Origin: Gemmatimonadota bacterium
Lineage (GTDB): Bacteria > Gemmatimonadota > Gemmatimonadetes > Longimicrobiales > Gaopeijiaceae
Direction of reading: 5' to 3'
Assembly: GCA_034521595.1 (NCBI GenBank)
Contig: JAXHMG010000003.1
Coordinates: forward strand, 1,024,001-1,088,000
Length of the DNA: 64,000 nt
Shown here: piece after piece, positions 39,376-51,021 of the stretch
Layout: the number at the start of each line of letters is the position of its first letter
Numbering within the stretch: position 1 is the first letter of the stretch
The notes under the pieces: model-generated
Databases searched by the model: none
What the model was told of the DNA's origin: nothing
Seen by the model: only the letters and a program-made list of their open reading frames with translations
Program-made: the position numbers and the translations under genes

Positions 39376-40508
39376 AGATCGGGATCACCTGCTATCCGAC
39401 CTACGGGGGCTCGGGCGCCGTGGCGACCGAGTTGGGTCTTCTGCTCGCCGAGCGTGGCCACGAGATCCACTTCGTCACCTACGACCAACCGTTCCGCCTC
39501 GTAGGGTACCGCGAGCGCGTGTACTTCCACGAAGTCGAGATGGCCAACTACCCGCTGTTCGAGCATCCGCCATACTCCTTGGCTCTGGCAGTGGCCCTGC
39601 ACGACGCGGCGCGGAAGTACCAGTTGGATCTCGTGCACATGCACTACGCGATTCCCCACGCGGCGTCGGCGTTTCTGGCCCGGGAGATGCTCAAGGACGA
39701 GCACGACCTCAAGATCGTCACGACCCTACACGGCACCGACATCACCCTCGTGGGGCTCCACCCCTCCTTCCAGGCCATCACCCAGTTCTCGATCCTCCAG
39801 TCCGACGGTCTCACGACGGTCTCCGAATACCTGAAGCGCGAGACCGTCCGGGATTTCGCGGTGCCGGAGGAACGGCTGGAGGTCATCCCGAACTTCGTGG
39901 ATACGGAGCTCTTCCGACCCGGAAAGGAGCCCTGTTACCGTGCCAGCTTGGCGCCCGGGGGTGAGCCGATCGTCATGCACGTGTCGAATTTCCGCACGGT
40001 GAAGCGCGTCGAGGACGTGGTCGAGATTTTCGCTCGGATTCGGGGACGGATCCCGGCCCGGCTCGTGTTCGTCGGGGACGGTCCGGAGCGGCCCCGGGCG
40101 GTGCGACGAGCGGACGAGCTGGACGTTCGCGACCATGTGACCTTCCTCGGCAAGCACGCTTCCGTGGACGAGTTGCTCCCCTGTGCCGATCTCTTCCTGC
40201 TTCCGTCCGAAACCGAGTCCTTCGGGCTCGCGGCGTTGGAAGCCATGGCCTCCGGAGCTCCCGTGGTCGCTTCGGATGCCGGTGGGCTGCCCGAGGTGAT
40301 CGAGCACGGCGTGAGCGGCTACCTGCTCCCCGTGGGTGCGGTGGACGCGATGGCGGACGCCGGCGTGCGCCTCCTCACGGATGAAGCGCACCATGCCGAG
40401 ATCGCGGCAGCCGCCCGAGCACGGGCGGTTGAGCGTTTCACGGCGGATACGGTGGCGAGTCGGTACGAGGCCCTGTACCGCCGGGTCGTGGAAGGAGGTG
40501 CGCGTTGA
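39372..40508 (+). CDS. bshA: N-acetyl-alpha-D-glucosaminyl L-malate synthase
   Basis: MKIGITCYPTYGGSGAVATELG, HYAIPHA, TTLHGTDITLVG, ESFGLAALEAM. Confidence 0.92.
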   Translation: MKIGITCYPTYGGSGAVATELGLLLAERGHEIHFVTYDQPFRLVGYRERVYFHEVEMANYPLFEHPPYSLALAVALHDAARKYQLDLVHMHYAIPHAASAFLAREMLKDEHDLKIVTTLHGTDITLVGLHPSFQAITQFSILQSDGLTTVSEYLKRETVRDFAVPEERLEVIPNFVDTELFRPGKEPCYRASLAPGGEPIVMHVSNFRTVKRVEDVVEIFARIRGRIPARLVFVGDGPERPRAVRRADELDVRDHVTFLGKHASVDELLPCADLFLLPSETESFGLAALEAMASGAPVVASDAGGLPEVIEHGVSGYLLPVGAVDAMADAGVRLLTDEAHHAEIAAAARARAVERFTADTVASRYEALYRRVVEGGAR

Positions 40509-41287
40509 ACACCTGGGAGGCACTGGTCCTGGGCGTGGTCCAGGGGGCCACCGAGTTTCTGCCGGTATCCAGCTCGGGCCACCTCGTGATCACGCAGGTC
40601 CTCCTGGGCATCGAGGTCCCGGGTGTGCTCTTCGAGGTCGCCGTGCACGTGGCCACCCTCCTCTCGATCCTCCTGGTGTACCGCCAGCGGGTAAGCACGC
40701 TCGCCGGAGGGATCGTGGAGCGGGATCCGGACGCCATCCGGTACGTGCTGTTGATCGTGGTCGCCACGATTCCGGCCGGATTGCTGGGGGTATTCGGAAA
40801 GGAGATCATCGAAGGGCTCTTCGACAGCCCCTCGACGCCGGGCATCGCCCTACTCGTGACGGGCGCGTTTCTCTGGACGACCCGAAAGGCGCTGGGAAGG
40901 GCCGTTCACGAGTGGCCGGGCTGGTTCGCGGCCTTTCTGATCGGACTGGCGCAGGCGTGCGCGCTGGTTCCCGGGATCTCGCGTTCCGGCGCCACGGTCG
41001 TCGCCGCTCTTTGGCTGGGGATCCATTCGCGGGAAGCGGCGGCTTTCTCGTTTCTCATGGCCGTTCCCGCCATCGCCGGGGCGGCCGTGCTCCAGATTCC
41101 CGACCTCGGAGGAGGGGTCGGCTTCGCCGTGATTCCGCTCCTCGCCGGAGCCACCGCCGCCGCGCTGACCGGCGTTCTCGCGATCCGTACCTTCGTCGCG
41201 CTTCTCGCCCGGGAGTCGTTCCACTTCTTCGCACCCTACTGTTGGGCCGTGGGTGCGGCCTTTCTCGTCTACCTGCGGCTGGCGTGA
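40505..41287 (+). CDS. uppP: Undecaprenyl-diphosphate phosphatase
   Basis: QGATEFLPVSSSGH, PGISRSGAT. Confidence 0.95.
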   Translation: MNTWEALVLGVVQGATEFLPVSSSGHLVITQVLLGIEVPGVLFEVAVHVATLLSILLVYRQRVSTLAGGIVERDPDAIRYVLLIVVATIPAGLLGVFGKEIIEGLFDSPSTPGIALLVTGAFLWTTRKALGRAVHEWPGWFAAFLIGLAQACALVPGISRSGATVVAALWLGIHSREAAAFSFLMAVPAIAGAAVLQIPDLGGGVGFAVIPLLAGATAAALTGVLAIRTFVALLARESFHFFAPYCWAVGAAFLVYLRLA

Positions 41288-41288
41288 C

Positions 41289-42059
41289 GTGAGCGGTGAC
41301 CTTCTGACGGTGTGGGAAGGGCAGGCGGTCCCCTTTTGGGCGGACCTGTGGAACCTCCCGCGACTCGAGGTGCACGGCCGGTTGACCTCGACCAACGATC
41401 GTGCCCGCACGCTCTCCGAGGAAGGTTGGGGCCCGTATGCCACCGTCATCGCGGACGAGCAGACCGCGGGCAGGGGGAGGACCGGGGCGCCCTGGCATTC
41501 GGCGGCCGGATCCGGCCTCTGGATCTCCGTCCTCCTTCCAGCCACACCCGCACCGCATCTTCCGCTCTTGGTGGGATTGGCGGCCGCGGAGGCGATCGAG
41601 CGCGTTCACCCGGAGATCCGGCCCCGCATCGAATGGCCGAACGACCTCACCGTGCGCGACCGGAAGGTGGGTGGAATCCTGTGCGAAGGGGTGGGCGTCC
41701 ACGTGGTCGCCGGCCTCGGAATCAATACCCACGAGCCGCCGGGGGGCTTCCCACCGGAGCTGGCCGATCGGGCGACGTCGCTGAACGTGGAGCGGAGGGG
41801 GCACGCCGACCGGCCGGCCCTGGCCGGCGCGCTGCTCGCGGAGCTTCGGCGGAGGATGGCCGTGGCCGGGCCGAAGCTGAGCGCGGAGGAACGGCTCGCT
41901 CTCTCCCAGCGGGACGCCCTGGAGGGAAGGGTCGTGGTGAGCGCGCAGCACGGACACGGACGCGCCGTGGAAATCGCCGAAGACGGTGCCCTCCTCATGG
42001 AGCGGGAGGACGGCACCCGGGTACAGGTGCGCTCCGGTCACGTGCGGCCGGCTTCCTGA
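41289..42059 (+). CDS. birA: Biotin-[acetyl-CoA carboxylase] ligase, no HTH
   Basis: STND, QTAGRGR, WPND, KVGGIL. Confidence 0.93.
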   Translation: MSGDLLTVWEGQAVPFWADLWNLPRLEVHGRLTSTNDRARTLSEEGWGPYATVIADEQTAGRGRTGAPWHSAAGSGLWISVLLPATPAPHLPLLVGLAAAEAIERVHPEIRPRIEWPNDLTVRDRKVGGILCEGVGVHVVAGLGINTHEPPGGFPPELADRATSLNVERRGHADRPALAGALLAELRRRMAVAGPKLSAEERLALSQRDALEGRVVVSAQHGHGRAVEIAEDGALLMEREDGTRVQVRSGHVRPAS

Positions 42060-42101
42060 GCCATCACCGAACGGACCTCGGGTCCGTGAAGGGAGAACGC
42101 A

Positions 42102-42893
42102 GTGCAACTGGTCGTCGATGTAGGGAACACGGAAACGGTGGTCGGTCTCGTATCCGGGACCACCGAGCTCCTGGCCCATTGGCGCGTGAGCTCGAGCGTA
42201 CCGCGGACCGCGGACGAGATGCGTGCGCTCATACGGGCGTTTCTCGCGGGGGACGGAGTCGACGAGACGGGCATCCGCAATGGCGTGGTCGGCTCCGTGG
42301 TCCCTTCGGTCAACCAGATGTGGGTCCAGACGCTCGACCGCATCGTGGATGGGGAGGTGTACGAGATCGGCCCTTCGTCACATCTTCCGATCCGATTGGA
42401 CGTCGATGAGCCGCTGACGGTCGGGGCCGATCGGATCGTGAACACTTTGGCCGCGCGCGAGCTCTACCATCGGGATACCATCGTGGTCGATCTCGGCACC
42501 GCGACCACGTTCGATTGCATCACGGCCGACGGGGTATTCCTCGGGGGTGTCATCGCCCCCGGACTCCCAGCCGGCCTCGATTGGCTCGCGTCCCGCACGG
42601 CCAAGCTTCCACGTGTCGAGCTGCGCCCACCCGAGCGCGTGATCGGACGGCGAACCGAAGCGTGCATCGAGAGCGGCGTGTTCTACCAGGCCGTGGACGG
42701 GATCGACGGCATCGTGCGGCGGGTCAAGGCCGAATGGGACGAGGAAGGCATCCACGTGACCGCCACGGGAGGGCTCGCGGCCTCGATTGGAGCACACCTG
42801 GACACCGTGGACGAAATCGAGCCGTTTCTGACGTTATACGGATTGGCCATGGCCGGGGCGCACCTGCGCGGCGACCTGTCCTCGTCCGGGTGA
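42102..42893 (+). CDS. coaX: Type III pantothenate kinase
   Basis: DVGNT, SVVP, GADR, DLGTATT, ATGG. Confidence 0.95.
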   Translation: MQLVVDVGNTETVVGLVSGTTELLAHWRVSSSVPRTADEMRALIRAFLAGDGVDETGIRNGVVGSVVPSVNQMWVQTLDRIVDGEVYEIGPSSHLPIRLDVDEPLTVGADRIVNTLAARELYHRDTIVVDLGTATTFDCITADGVFLGGVIAPGLPAGLDWLASRTAKLPRVELRPPERVIGRRTEACIESGVFYQAVDGIDGIVRRVKAEWDEEGIHVTATGGLAASIGAHLDTVDEIEPFLTLYGLAMAGAHLRGDLSSSG

Positions 42894-42954
42894 AGAGGGC
42901 TACATTCCCGGCGGTCTTATTCAGAGCATCCCTCAGCGACCATCGACGCGACGC

Positions 42955-44028
42955 ATGACGCTCTCTCCCGTATTCCGATCCCGCGAGGCGGTTCGACTCC
43001 TCGACGACCAAGGCGTTTGGACCCGGCTGGCCCCCGATATGGAAGCGCAGGCCGAAGCTGTCCGGATCGTGCATGGCGACCTCGAGGAGGTGCTGGGCGA
43101 GGCGTATCGTGAAGAAGCACCACACGTGCCGTCCGCGGACGAGATCGAGACGCCCGCCGGGCTGCACTTTCTACAAGAATACTTCTTCCTGATCCTCTTC
43201 CGGTCGATCTTCCGGGCTCTCCGGGTCCCCGAAGACCGCCTTCGCCTCTACACCGAGCTCAATTTCTGTATCAAGGGGACGATCACCGCGGCCGACAACA
43301 TCTTCGACGACCAGGAGAAGCGCTTGCTCCCGCTGCGTCGGCATGCCGGCGCCCGGTTCATGTCCATTCTCCAGCTCATGGCCTTCGAACGCCTGCAACG
43401 CCGAGCTTTGGATCGGGGTGAGATGGCGGGTGTGATCGATCGGGACGACGCCGTGGCGGTCCAGCGCGGCCTCCTCGACCGCATGGCGAAGATCGGGACG
43501 CTCGAAGGATCGGAGGAGGGTGGGGTGGACGAGATCCCGGATCCGGAGGTCATGGTGGAGTCGGTCCACCGCGTACGGGGTGGTGCGCTGTTCGCTCTGG
43601 CGTTCGCCGCCCCGGAGGTGCTCGAGGACGGTACGGCGGAGGAAACTCGAACGGCCGAAGATGCGGTCGCTCGGCTCGGGACGGCTTTCCAGATCGTCGA
43701 CGACTTGACGGACTTCGAATTCGATATCGGGCGGCGGAGCCACAATCTTCTCGTGGCCCAGATCCATCACCGGGGATCGGAAGCCGAGCGGCGGGCGTTG
43801 GCCCGTGCGTGGGAATCCGGAGCACTGGAACCCGGGGCCGTGGAGTCCACGTTCAGGGACGCCGCCCGCGCCGTGCTCGAGCGCGCCTATCGTGAGGCTC
43901 GTGCGTCGTTCGAGACCCTCGAGGGTCTGGGACACTGGTTCCCCGCGCGGCTCTCGGACGAAGTAGTGCACGCCATTGTCGGGCTGGACGGAGTAGCCCG
44001 CATGGACGCGTTGACCGGACGACGCTGA
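42955..44028 (+). CDS. Class I isoprenoid-synthase-fold protein
   Basis: Asp-rich motifs AADNIFDD and LGTAFQIVDDLTD. Confidence 0.7.
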   Translation: MTLSPVFRSREAVRLLDDQGVWTRLAPDMEAQAEAVRIVHGDLEEVLGEAYREEAPHVPSADEIETPAGLHFLQEYFFLILFRSIFRALRVPEDRLRLYTELNFCIKGTITAADNIFDDQEKRLLPLRRHAGARFMSILQLMAFERLQRRALDRGEMAGVIDRDDAVAVQRGLLDRMAKIGTLEGSEEGGVDEIPDPEVMVESVHRVRGGALFALAFAAPEVLEDGTAEETRTAEDAVARLGTAFQIVDDLTDFEFDIGRRSHNLLVAQIHHRGSEAERRALARAWESGALEPGAVESTFRDAARAVLERAYREARASFETLEGLGHWFPARLSDEVVHAIVGLDGVARMDALTGRR

Positions 44029-44056
44029 GCCCCTTCCTTCCGACCGTGGGACCCGG

Positions 44057-44121
44057 TTGACACCACGGAGGGATGCACGACATTACCCGAGACGTTAGCA
44101 CTCACATCGTGTGAGTGCTAA
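44057..44121 (+). promoter_or_regulatory. groESL -35 (TTGACA) and CIRCE element (HrcA operator, 44095-44121)
   Basis: TTAGCACTC-ACATCGTGT-GAGTGCTAA, exact CIRCE consensus. Confidence 0.96.
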
Positions 44122-44174
44122 TACCGTAGGGATGATTCCCATGGACACGGCCCTAGCACGCAGGAGGAGGCCTG

Positions 44175-44483
44175 ATGGGTAAAGGCAAGAGCGCACCCGA
44201 GGTCAAGCCGCTGGCAGACCGAATCGTCGTGCTTCCCGCCCAGGAAGGCGAGGAAATGCGCGGCGGCATCTACATTCCCGACACCGCGAAGGAGAAGCCC
44301 TCACGGGGTGAGGTCATCGCGGTCGGTCCCGGTCGGCTGTCGGAGGACGGCACCCGGCTGGAGCCGGACGTCAAGGTGGGCGACCACGTGCTGTACGGAA
44401 AGTACGCGGGCGCCGACGTGACGTTGGACGGCGAGGACTACCTGATTCTTCGCGAAGCAGACGTCCTCGCGATCGTTTCGTAA
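44175..44483 (+). CDS. groES: Co-chaperonin GroES
   Basis: KPLADRIVV, GGIYIPDTAKEKP, AVGPG. Confidence 0.98.
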   Translation: MGKGKSAPEVKPLADRIVVLPAQEGEEMRGGIYIPDTAKEKPSRGEVIAVGPGRLSEDGTRLEPDVKVGDHVLYGKYAGADVTLDGEDYLILREADVLAIVS

Positions 44484-44500
44484 GCGCAATCGACGAATAG

Positions 44501-46156
<1,656 letters not shown>

Positions 46157-46180
46157 AGCCGCTCCATCCTCCGCAGGGAG

Positions 46181-46219
46181 AAACGGGCTCGGTCGCTTCG
46201 GCGGCCGGGCTCGTTTTTT
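46181..46219 (+). terminator. Rho-independent terminator after groEL
   Basis: AAACGGGCTCGGTCGC-TTCG-GCGGCCGGGCTCGTTTTTT. Confidence 0.88.
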
Positions 46220-46233
46220 ATTGCCTTGGTGGG

Positions 46234-46647
46234 GCGGTGCGGCCGCGGGCTCTCCCTCGGCGCTGCGCCAACGGCGGGGGGTGTCGTAGCGCTGCGTTCG
46301 TCGTGTTCTGCTCGGGGCGTCGGGTGGGGCTGCCCGGGGGAGGCGCGGTGGTCGGGCTGCGGACCCGGTGGGCCCGGGCGTTCGTGGGCGCGGGCTTCGC
46401 TTCTCCGGGAGAGCCCGCGGCCGCACCGCTTGGGCTGGGTGGTGTGCGATTTCTCGGCGCTGCGCCGACGGCGGGGGGCGTCGTAGCGCGGCGTTCGTCG
46501 TGTTCTGCAGGGGGCGTCGGGTGGGGCTGCCCGGGGGAGGCGTGGTGGTCGGGTCGACCGGGTGGGCCCGGGCGTTCGTGGGCGCGGGCTTCGCTTCTCC
46601 GGGAGAGCCCGCGGCCGCACCGCTTGGGCTGGGTGGTGTGCGATTTC
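46234..46647 (+). repeat. Two tandem copies (~195-bp period) of a structured repeat; copy 1 closed by a 23-bp perfect inverted repeat
   Basis: Units begin CTCGGCGCTGCGCC at 46256 and 46453; arms 46234-46256 and 46407-46429 (right arm again at 46601-46623). Confidence 0.92.
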
Positions 46648-46650
46648 GGC

Positions 46651-47559
46651 TCACCAAGCGGGTTCCTCCTCCGGTGACCCTGTCGGCTCGATCTGGATCG
46701 TGCAGTGACGGATGCCGAAGCGTTTCCGCAGCATCCGCTGGAGGTCGGCGAGCAGCGGACCGGGGTGTCGGTCCTTCTCCGGCTCTACATGGACCGAAAG
46801 GGAAACCATGCCCGAAGTGACGCTCCAGACGTGGAGGTCGTGGACTCCCGCGACGCCCTCCACCGCGCAGAGGGCGCTGCGGACATCCTCGACGTCGAGA
46901 TGCTCCGGTGCACCCTCCAGGAGAACGGCCACTGCTTGCCGAAGAAGGTGCCAGGACGAGCCCAAGACCAGGAAGCCGATGAGGATTGATGCCAGGGGAT
47001 CAGCCAGGCGCCACCCGGTCCACCAGATGACGCCTCCAGCTACGATGGCCCCCAGGCTCCCCAGGGTGTCGGCCAGCACGTGAAGCCAGGCGCCCTCCAT
47101 GTTGAGGCTCTCATTCCGCCCCTCCCGGAGGAGCCAGAGCCCGATGCCGTTCACCAACAGGCCGCCCATGGCGACGCCCATCATGAGGGGTCCCAGAACT
47201 TCCGGAGGATCCTGGAGGCGCCCCCACGCCTCCACGAAGATGTAGACCGCCACGGCCACCAGCGTCACGCCGTGGAGGAGCGCCGCCAGGATTTCGGCAC
47301 GGTAGTAGCCGAAGGTGCGCTCGGGGGTGGGTGGCCGTTGGGCCACCCACATGGCGAAGAGGGTGAGGGATAGGGAGCCGGCGTCGGAGAGCATGTGGCC
47401 GGCGTCGGCCAGGAGGGCCAGGGAGTTGGTGAGAACTCCGCCCACCACCTCCGCTGCCATGTAGACGATGACCAGACCCAGCGTCCACTTCAGGCGGCCG
47501 ATGCTGCGCTCCGGTCCGGCCCCCTCATGGGGTCGGTGTCCTGCATGGTCATGCGCCAT
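46651..47559 (-). CDS. czcD: Cation diffusion facilitator (CzcD/ZitB-like)
   Basis: His-rich N-terminus, SLALLADAGHMLSD, HVLADTLGS, HDLHVW, HCTIQIE. Confidence 0.93.
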   Translation of the reverse strand: MAHDHAGHRPHEGAGPERSIGRLKWTLGLVIVYMAAEVVGGVLTNSLALLADAGHMLSDAGSLSLTLFAMWVAQRPPTPERTFGYYRAEILAALLHGVTLVAVAVYIFVEAWGRLQDPPEVLGPLMMGVAMGGLLVNGIGLWLLREGRNESLNMEGAWLHVLADTLGSLGAIVAGGVIWWTGWRLADPLASILIGFLVLGSSWHLLRQAVAVLLEGAPEHLDVEDVRSALCAVEGVAGVHDLHVWSVTSGMVSLSVHVEPEKDRHPGPLLADLQRMLRKRFGIRHCTIQIEPTGSPEEEPAW

Positions 47560-47854
47560 GGTTCTCCCCGATGCGCACGGACCGCTCCACGGCGGAGACG
47601 AAGATGCCTCCGTCACCGGGATGTCCGGTGCTGGCGGTCCGGTAGAGGAGGCTCACAACCTCCTCTACCCGGTCGTCGGGCACCACCATTTCCAGCTTCA
47701 TCCGCTCTGTGAGACGGGTCACGGCCGCTCCCTTCACGTGTCCCCATCCCCGGACTTCCGAGACGGTGAGCCCCGGGATGTGGGGAAGCCCTTCAAGGGC
47801 ATCCACTACGGTGTCCAGCATGTGAGGTCGAATGAACGCCTTGATCTCCTTCAT
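47549..47854 (-). CDS. P-II family protein
   Basis: MKEIKAFIRP..GLTVSEVRGWG..TGHPGDGGIFVS; own ATG at 47854. Confidence 0.88.
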   Translation of the reverse strand: MKEIKAFIRPHMLDTVVDALEGLPHIPGLTVSEVRGWGHVKGAAVTRLTERMKLEMVVPDDRVEEVVSLLYRTASTGHPGDGGIFVSAVERSVRIGENHGA

Positions 47855-47901
47855 GGTCGGTTTCTCCTGGTCGTCACGGGTCGAAGATGAGGGCAGCCGG
47901 C

Positions 47902-50900
47902 TCACAGCTCCACCTCCTCCAGCTCGGGCTCGGCGAACCACGGATAGATGCTGGGGAGCACGACGAGGGTCAGGAGCGTCGACGTCACCAGCCCGCCGAT
48001 GACCACGGTGGCCAGGGGGCGCTGGACGTTGGAGCCGATGTCGTTGGTGAGGAGGAGCGGGAGGAGCCCCAGGGACGTCGTGAGCGCCGTCATGAGGACG
48101 GGCCGGAGCCGGAGCTCGGCGCCCCGCACGACCGCCTCCTCCATGGGCGTGCCGCGCTCCCGGAGCTGGTTGATGTAGGTCACCAGCACCACCCCGTTCA
48201 GCACGGCCACGCCGAAGACGGCGATGAAGCCCACCGCCGCCGGGACCGAGAGGTAGAGGCCCATGGCGAAGAGGGCCAAAATTCCGCCGGTAGCGGCGAA
48301 GGGAACGTTGAGAAAGATGAGGGAGGCGTAGCGCAGGCTCCCGTAGGTGGAGAAGAGCATGAAGAAGATGAGGGCCAGGGTGATGGGCACCACCACATAG
48401 AGGCGTGCCATGGCCCGCTCCTGGTTCTCGAACTGGCCTCCGTACTCCACGAAGAAGCCCGGCGGCAGGTCCACCTCCTCGGCGACGCGGGCCCGGATCT
48501 CGTCCACCACGGAGCCCATGTCGCGCCCCCGGACGTTGAGCTGCACGTAGGTCCGGCGGCTCGCCTGGTTCCGGGAGATCTGCTTCGGCCCCACGAAGGT
48601 CTCCACGTCGGCCACTTGGGATAGGGGAACGAGGGCTCCACCCGCGGTGCGGATGGGGAGCTGGCGCACTTGCTCCACTCGGGCCCGATGCTCTTCGTTC
48701 AGGCGGAGGAAGACGTCGAAGCGTCGGATGCCCTCGAAGACCTGGCCTACCGTGGCGCCTCCGACTCCAGTCTCCACCGTGCTCAGGAAGCGCGCGACCG
48801 GGACACCCAGGCGGGAGAGCTCCCGGCGATCGGGGCGGATGACGACCTGCGGCTTGCCGCCCTGTTGCTCCGCACGCACGTCGACGGCTCCCTCCACCGA
48901 CTCGGCGATGGCCTGGACCTGCTCGGCCGTGGCGGCCATGGCGTCCAGATCCTCCCCGTAGATGCTCACCACGACCTGGGCGCGCACGCCGCTCAGAAGC
49001 TCGTCGGTGCGGAGCTGGATGGGTTGGGAGAAGTTGGCGCTGACGCCGGGAAGGGTCTCCTGCAGCCGCTGGGCCATGGCCGTCTGGAGCTCCTCGTAGT
49101 CCAAATCGCCGTCCCAGTCGTCCAGGGGACGGAGATTCACCACGTTGAAGACGACGTTCACCGGCTCCGGGTCGCCCCCGACCTCGGCCCGGCCGACCCG
49201 GGCGTAGACGCTCTCCACCTCGTCGAAGTCCGAGAGCACGTCCTCGATCCGCGAGGCGTAGTCGACGGTGCTGGAAGGTTCGCTCCGGGTGGAAGGACGG
49301 CGCGAACCGCGAACGTCCCTTCCCGGAGGGTGGGCACGAACTCGGTGCCCAGGAGGGGGAAAGAGGGCCAGGCTGGCCACGAAGAGGACTACAACGGTGC
49401 CCACCACCCGTGCGCGGCCGCCTGACGGCCCACTCCGCCACGGGCTCGGAACCGGGCCTTGAACCAACGCGGGAGGCGCGGCTCTTCGTCCTTCCCGCAC
49501 GAGCGGCTGAAGTAGCTGGTGACCACCGGCGTGTAGGTGAGCGCCAGGAGGATGGCCGCCACCAGAGCGAAGGTGATGGTGAAGGCCATCGGCTCGAACA
49601 TCTTCCCCTCCACCCCTTCCAGGCTGAATAGGGGAGGAAGACGATGATGATGATGCTGGTGGCGAAGAGGACCGGACGTCCCACCTCCCGCGCCGCCTCG
49701 TCGACGATGCGGCGGACTGAGGTGCCGTCCTCCCCTCGTTCCTCCAGGAGTCGGTAGGCGTTTTCCAGAACCACGGTGCTCCCGTCCCCGATCATCCCGA
49801 TGGAGATGGCCAGCGCCCCCAGCGTCATGAGGTTGGCCGAGAGACCGGTGAGCGTCATTCCGATGAAGGCGAGGAGAAAGGCAATGGGGATCGTGGAGAC
49901 GAGAACGAGGGTGGAGCGCACGTCGCCCATGAAGAAGTAGAGCACCAGGAGCACCAGAGCGGCTCCGAAGGCCAGCGATCCCGTCACCGTGCCGATGGCA
50001 TTATCCACCAGGTCCCCCTGGAGGATGAACGGGGCCGCCTCCATCCCGGCGGGCAGAGCCTGGTTGATGGCGTCCAGCCGCTCCTCCACAGCGGTCAGGA
50101 GATCCTGGGTGTTGGTGTAGATGAGCTTGAGGATGAAGCCCCCCACGGCTTCCTCGCCGTCTGCCAGGAGCGTACCCCGGCGGATCTCGGAACCGAAGGC
50201 GACCTCAGCCACGTCCTCGACGTAGACCGGGGCCCCTCGTGCTCGTCCGACCACCACCCGCCGTATGTCGTCGAGACCCTCCTCGCCGGGGCTGAACCAG
50301 CCGTAGCCCCGCACGATATACTCCTCGCCGCCGCGCTCCAGGAAGGAAGCGCCCACGTTCTGGTTGTCGGCGCCCACGGCCTCCCGCACGTCCAGGAGGG
50401 TGAGGTCCCGGGCCAAGACCTCTTCGGCGTTCACCTCGATCTGGTACTGGCGGACGAAGCCGCCGATGGAGAGGACCCCGGTGACGCCCGGGACCGTCCG
50501 GAGCATGGGCTTGACGATCCAGTCCTGGGCAGTGCGCAGCTCGGTGAGGGAATGGTTCGCCCCCTCCCGGTTGCGCACCTCGTACATGAGGACGTTGCCC
50601 AGCCCTGTGGTGATGGGTCCGAGGCCTGGCTCGCCCAGCCCCGGCGGGATCTCCTCACGGGCCCCCTGGAGTCGCTCCATGACCAGGCGCCGGGCGAAGT
50701 AGATGTCGGTCCCGTCCTCGAAGTAGATATTGACCCGGGATAGGCCGAAAATGGAGGTGCTCTGAACCCGTTCGATCCCCGGGAGCCCGTACATAGCGAT
50801 CTCTACCGGGTAGCTGATCTGGGTCTCCACGTCCACGGGAGAGAGTCCCGGGCTCACGGTGAAGACCTGGACTAGGGTGGGCGAGACGTCGGGGAAGGAG

Positions 50901-51010
50901 TCCACAGGGGTCCGGTCCCAGGCCCAGAGCCCGAGGGTGACCAGCCCGGCGAATGCGAGAAGAACCAGGGCGCGCTTCTCCAGCGCCGTCGTGATGATGC
51001 GGTCGATCAT
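47902..51010 (-). pseudogene. czcA: CzcA/CusA heavy-metal RND permease with several frameshifts at ~49260-49640
   Basis: N-half DSFPDVSP..YFARRLVMERL..QDWIVKPMLRTVPGV; C-half AVGFIAVFGVAVLNG, RLRPVLMTA, QRPLATVVIGG in another frame. Confidence 0.88.
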
Positions 51011-51021
51011 GGCCTTTGCCC

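Noticed and set aside
46234-46647. CRISPR array or protein-coding repeat
   Set aside because: Units are ~195 bp with no unique spacers, no cas genes, and indels between copies break frames.
47549-51010. Apparent CzcA-P-II fusion (1153 aa)
   Set aside because: Frameshift artefact: the middle is off-frame nonsense, the true CzcA C-terminus ends at 47902 and P-II has its own ATG.
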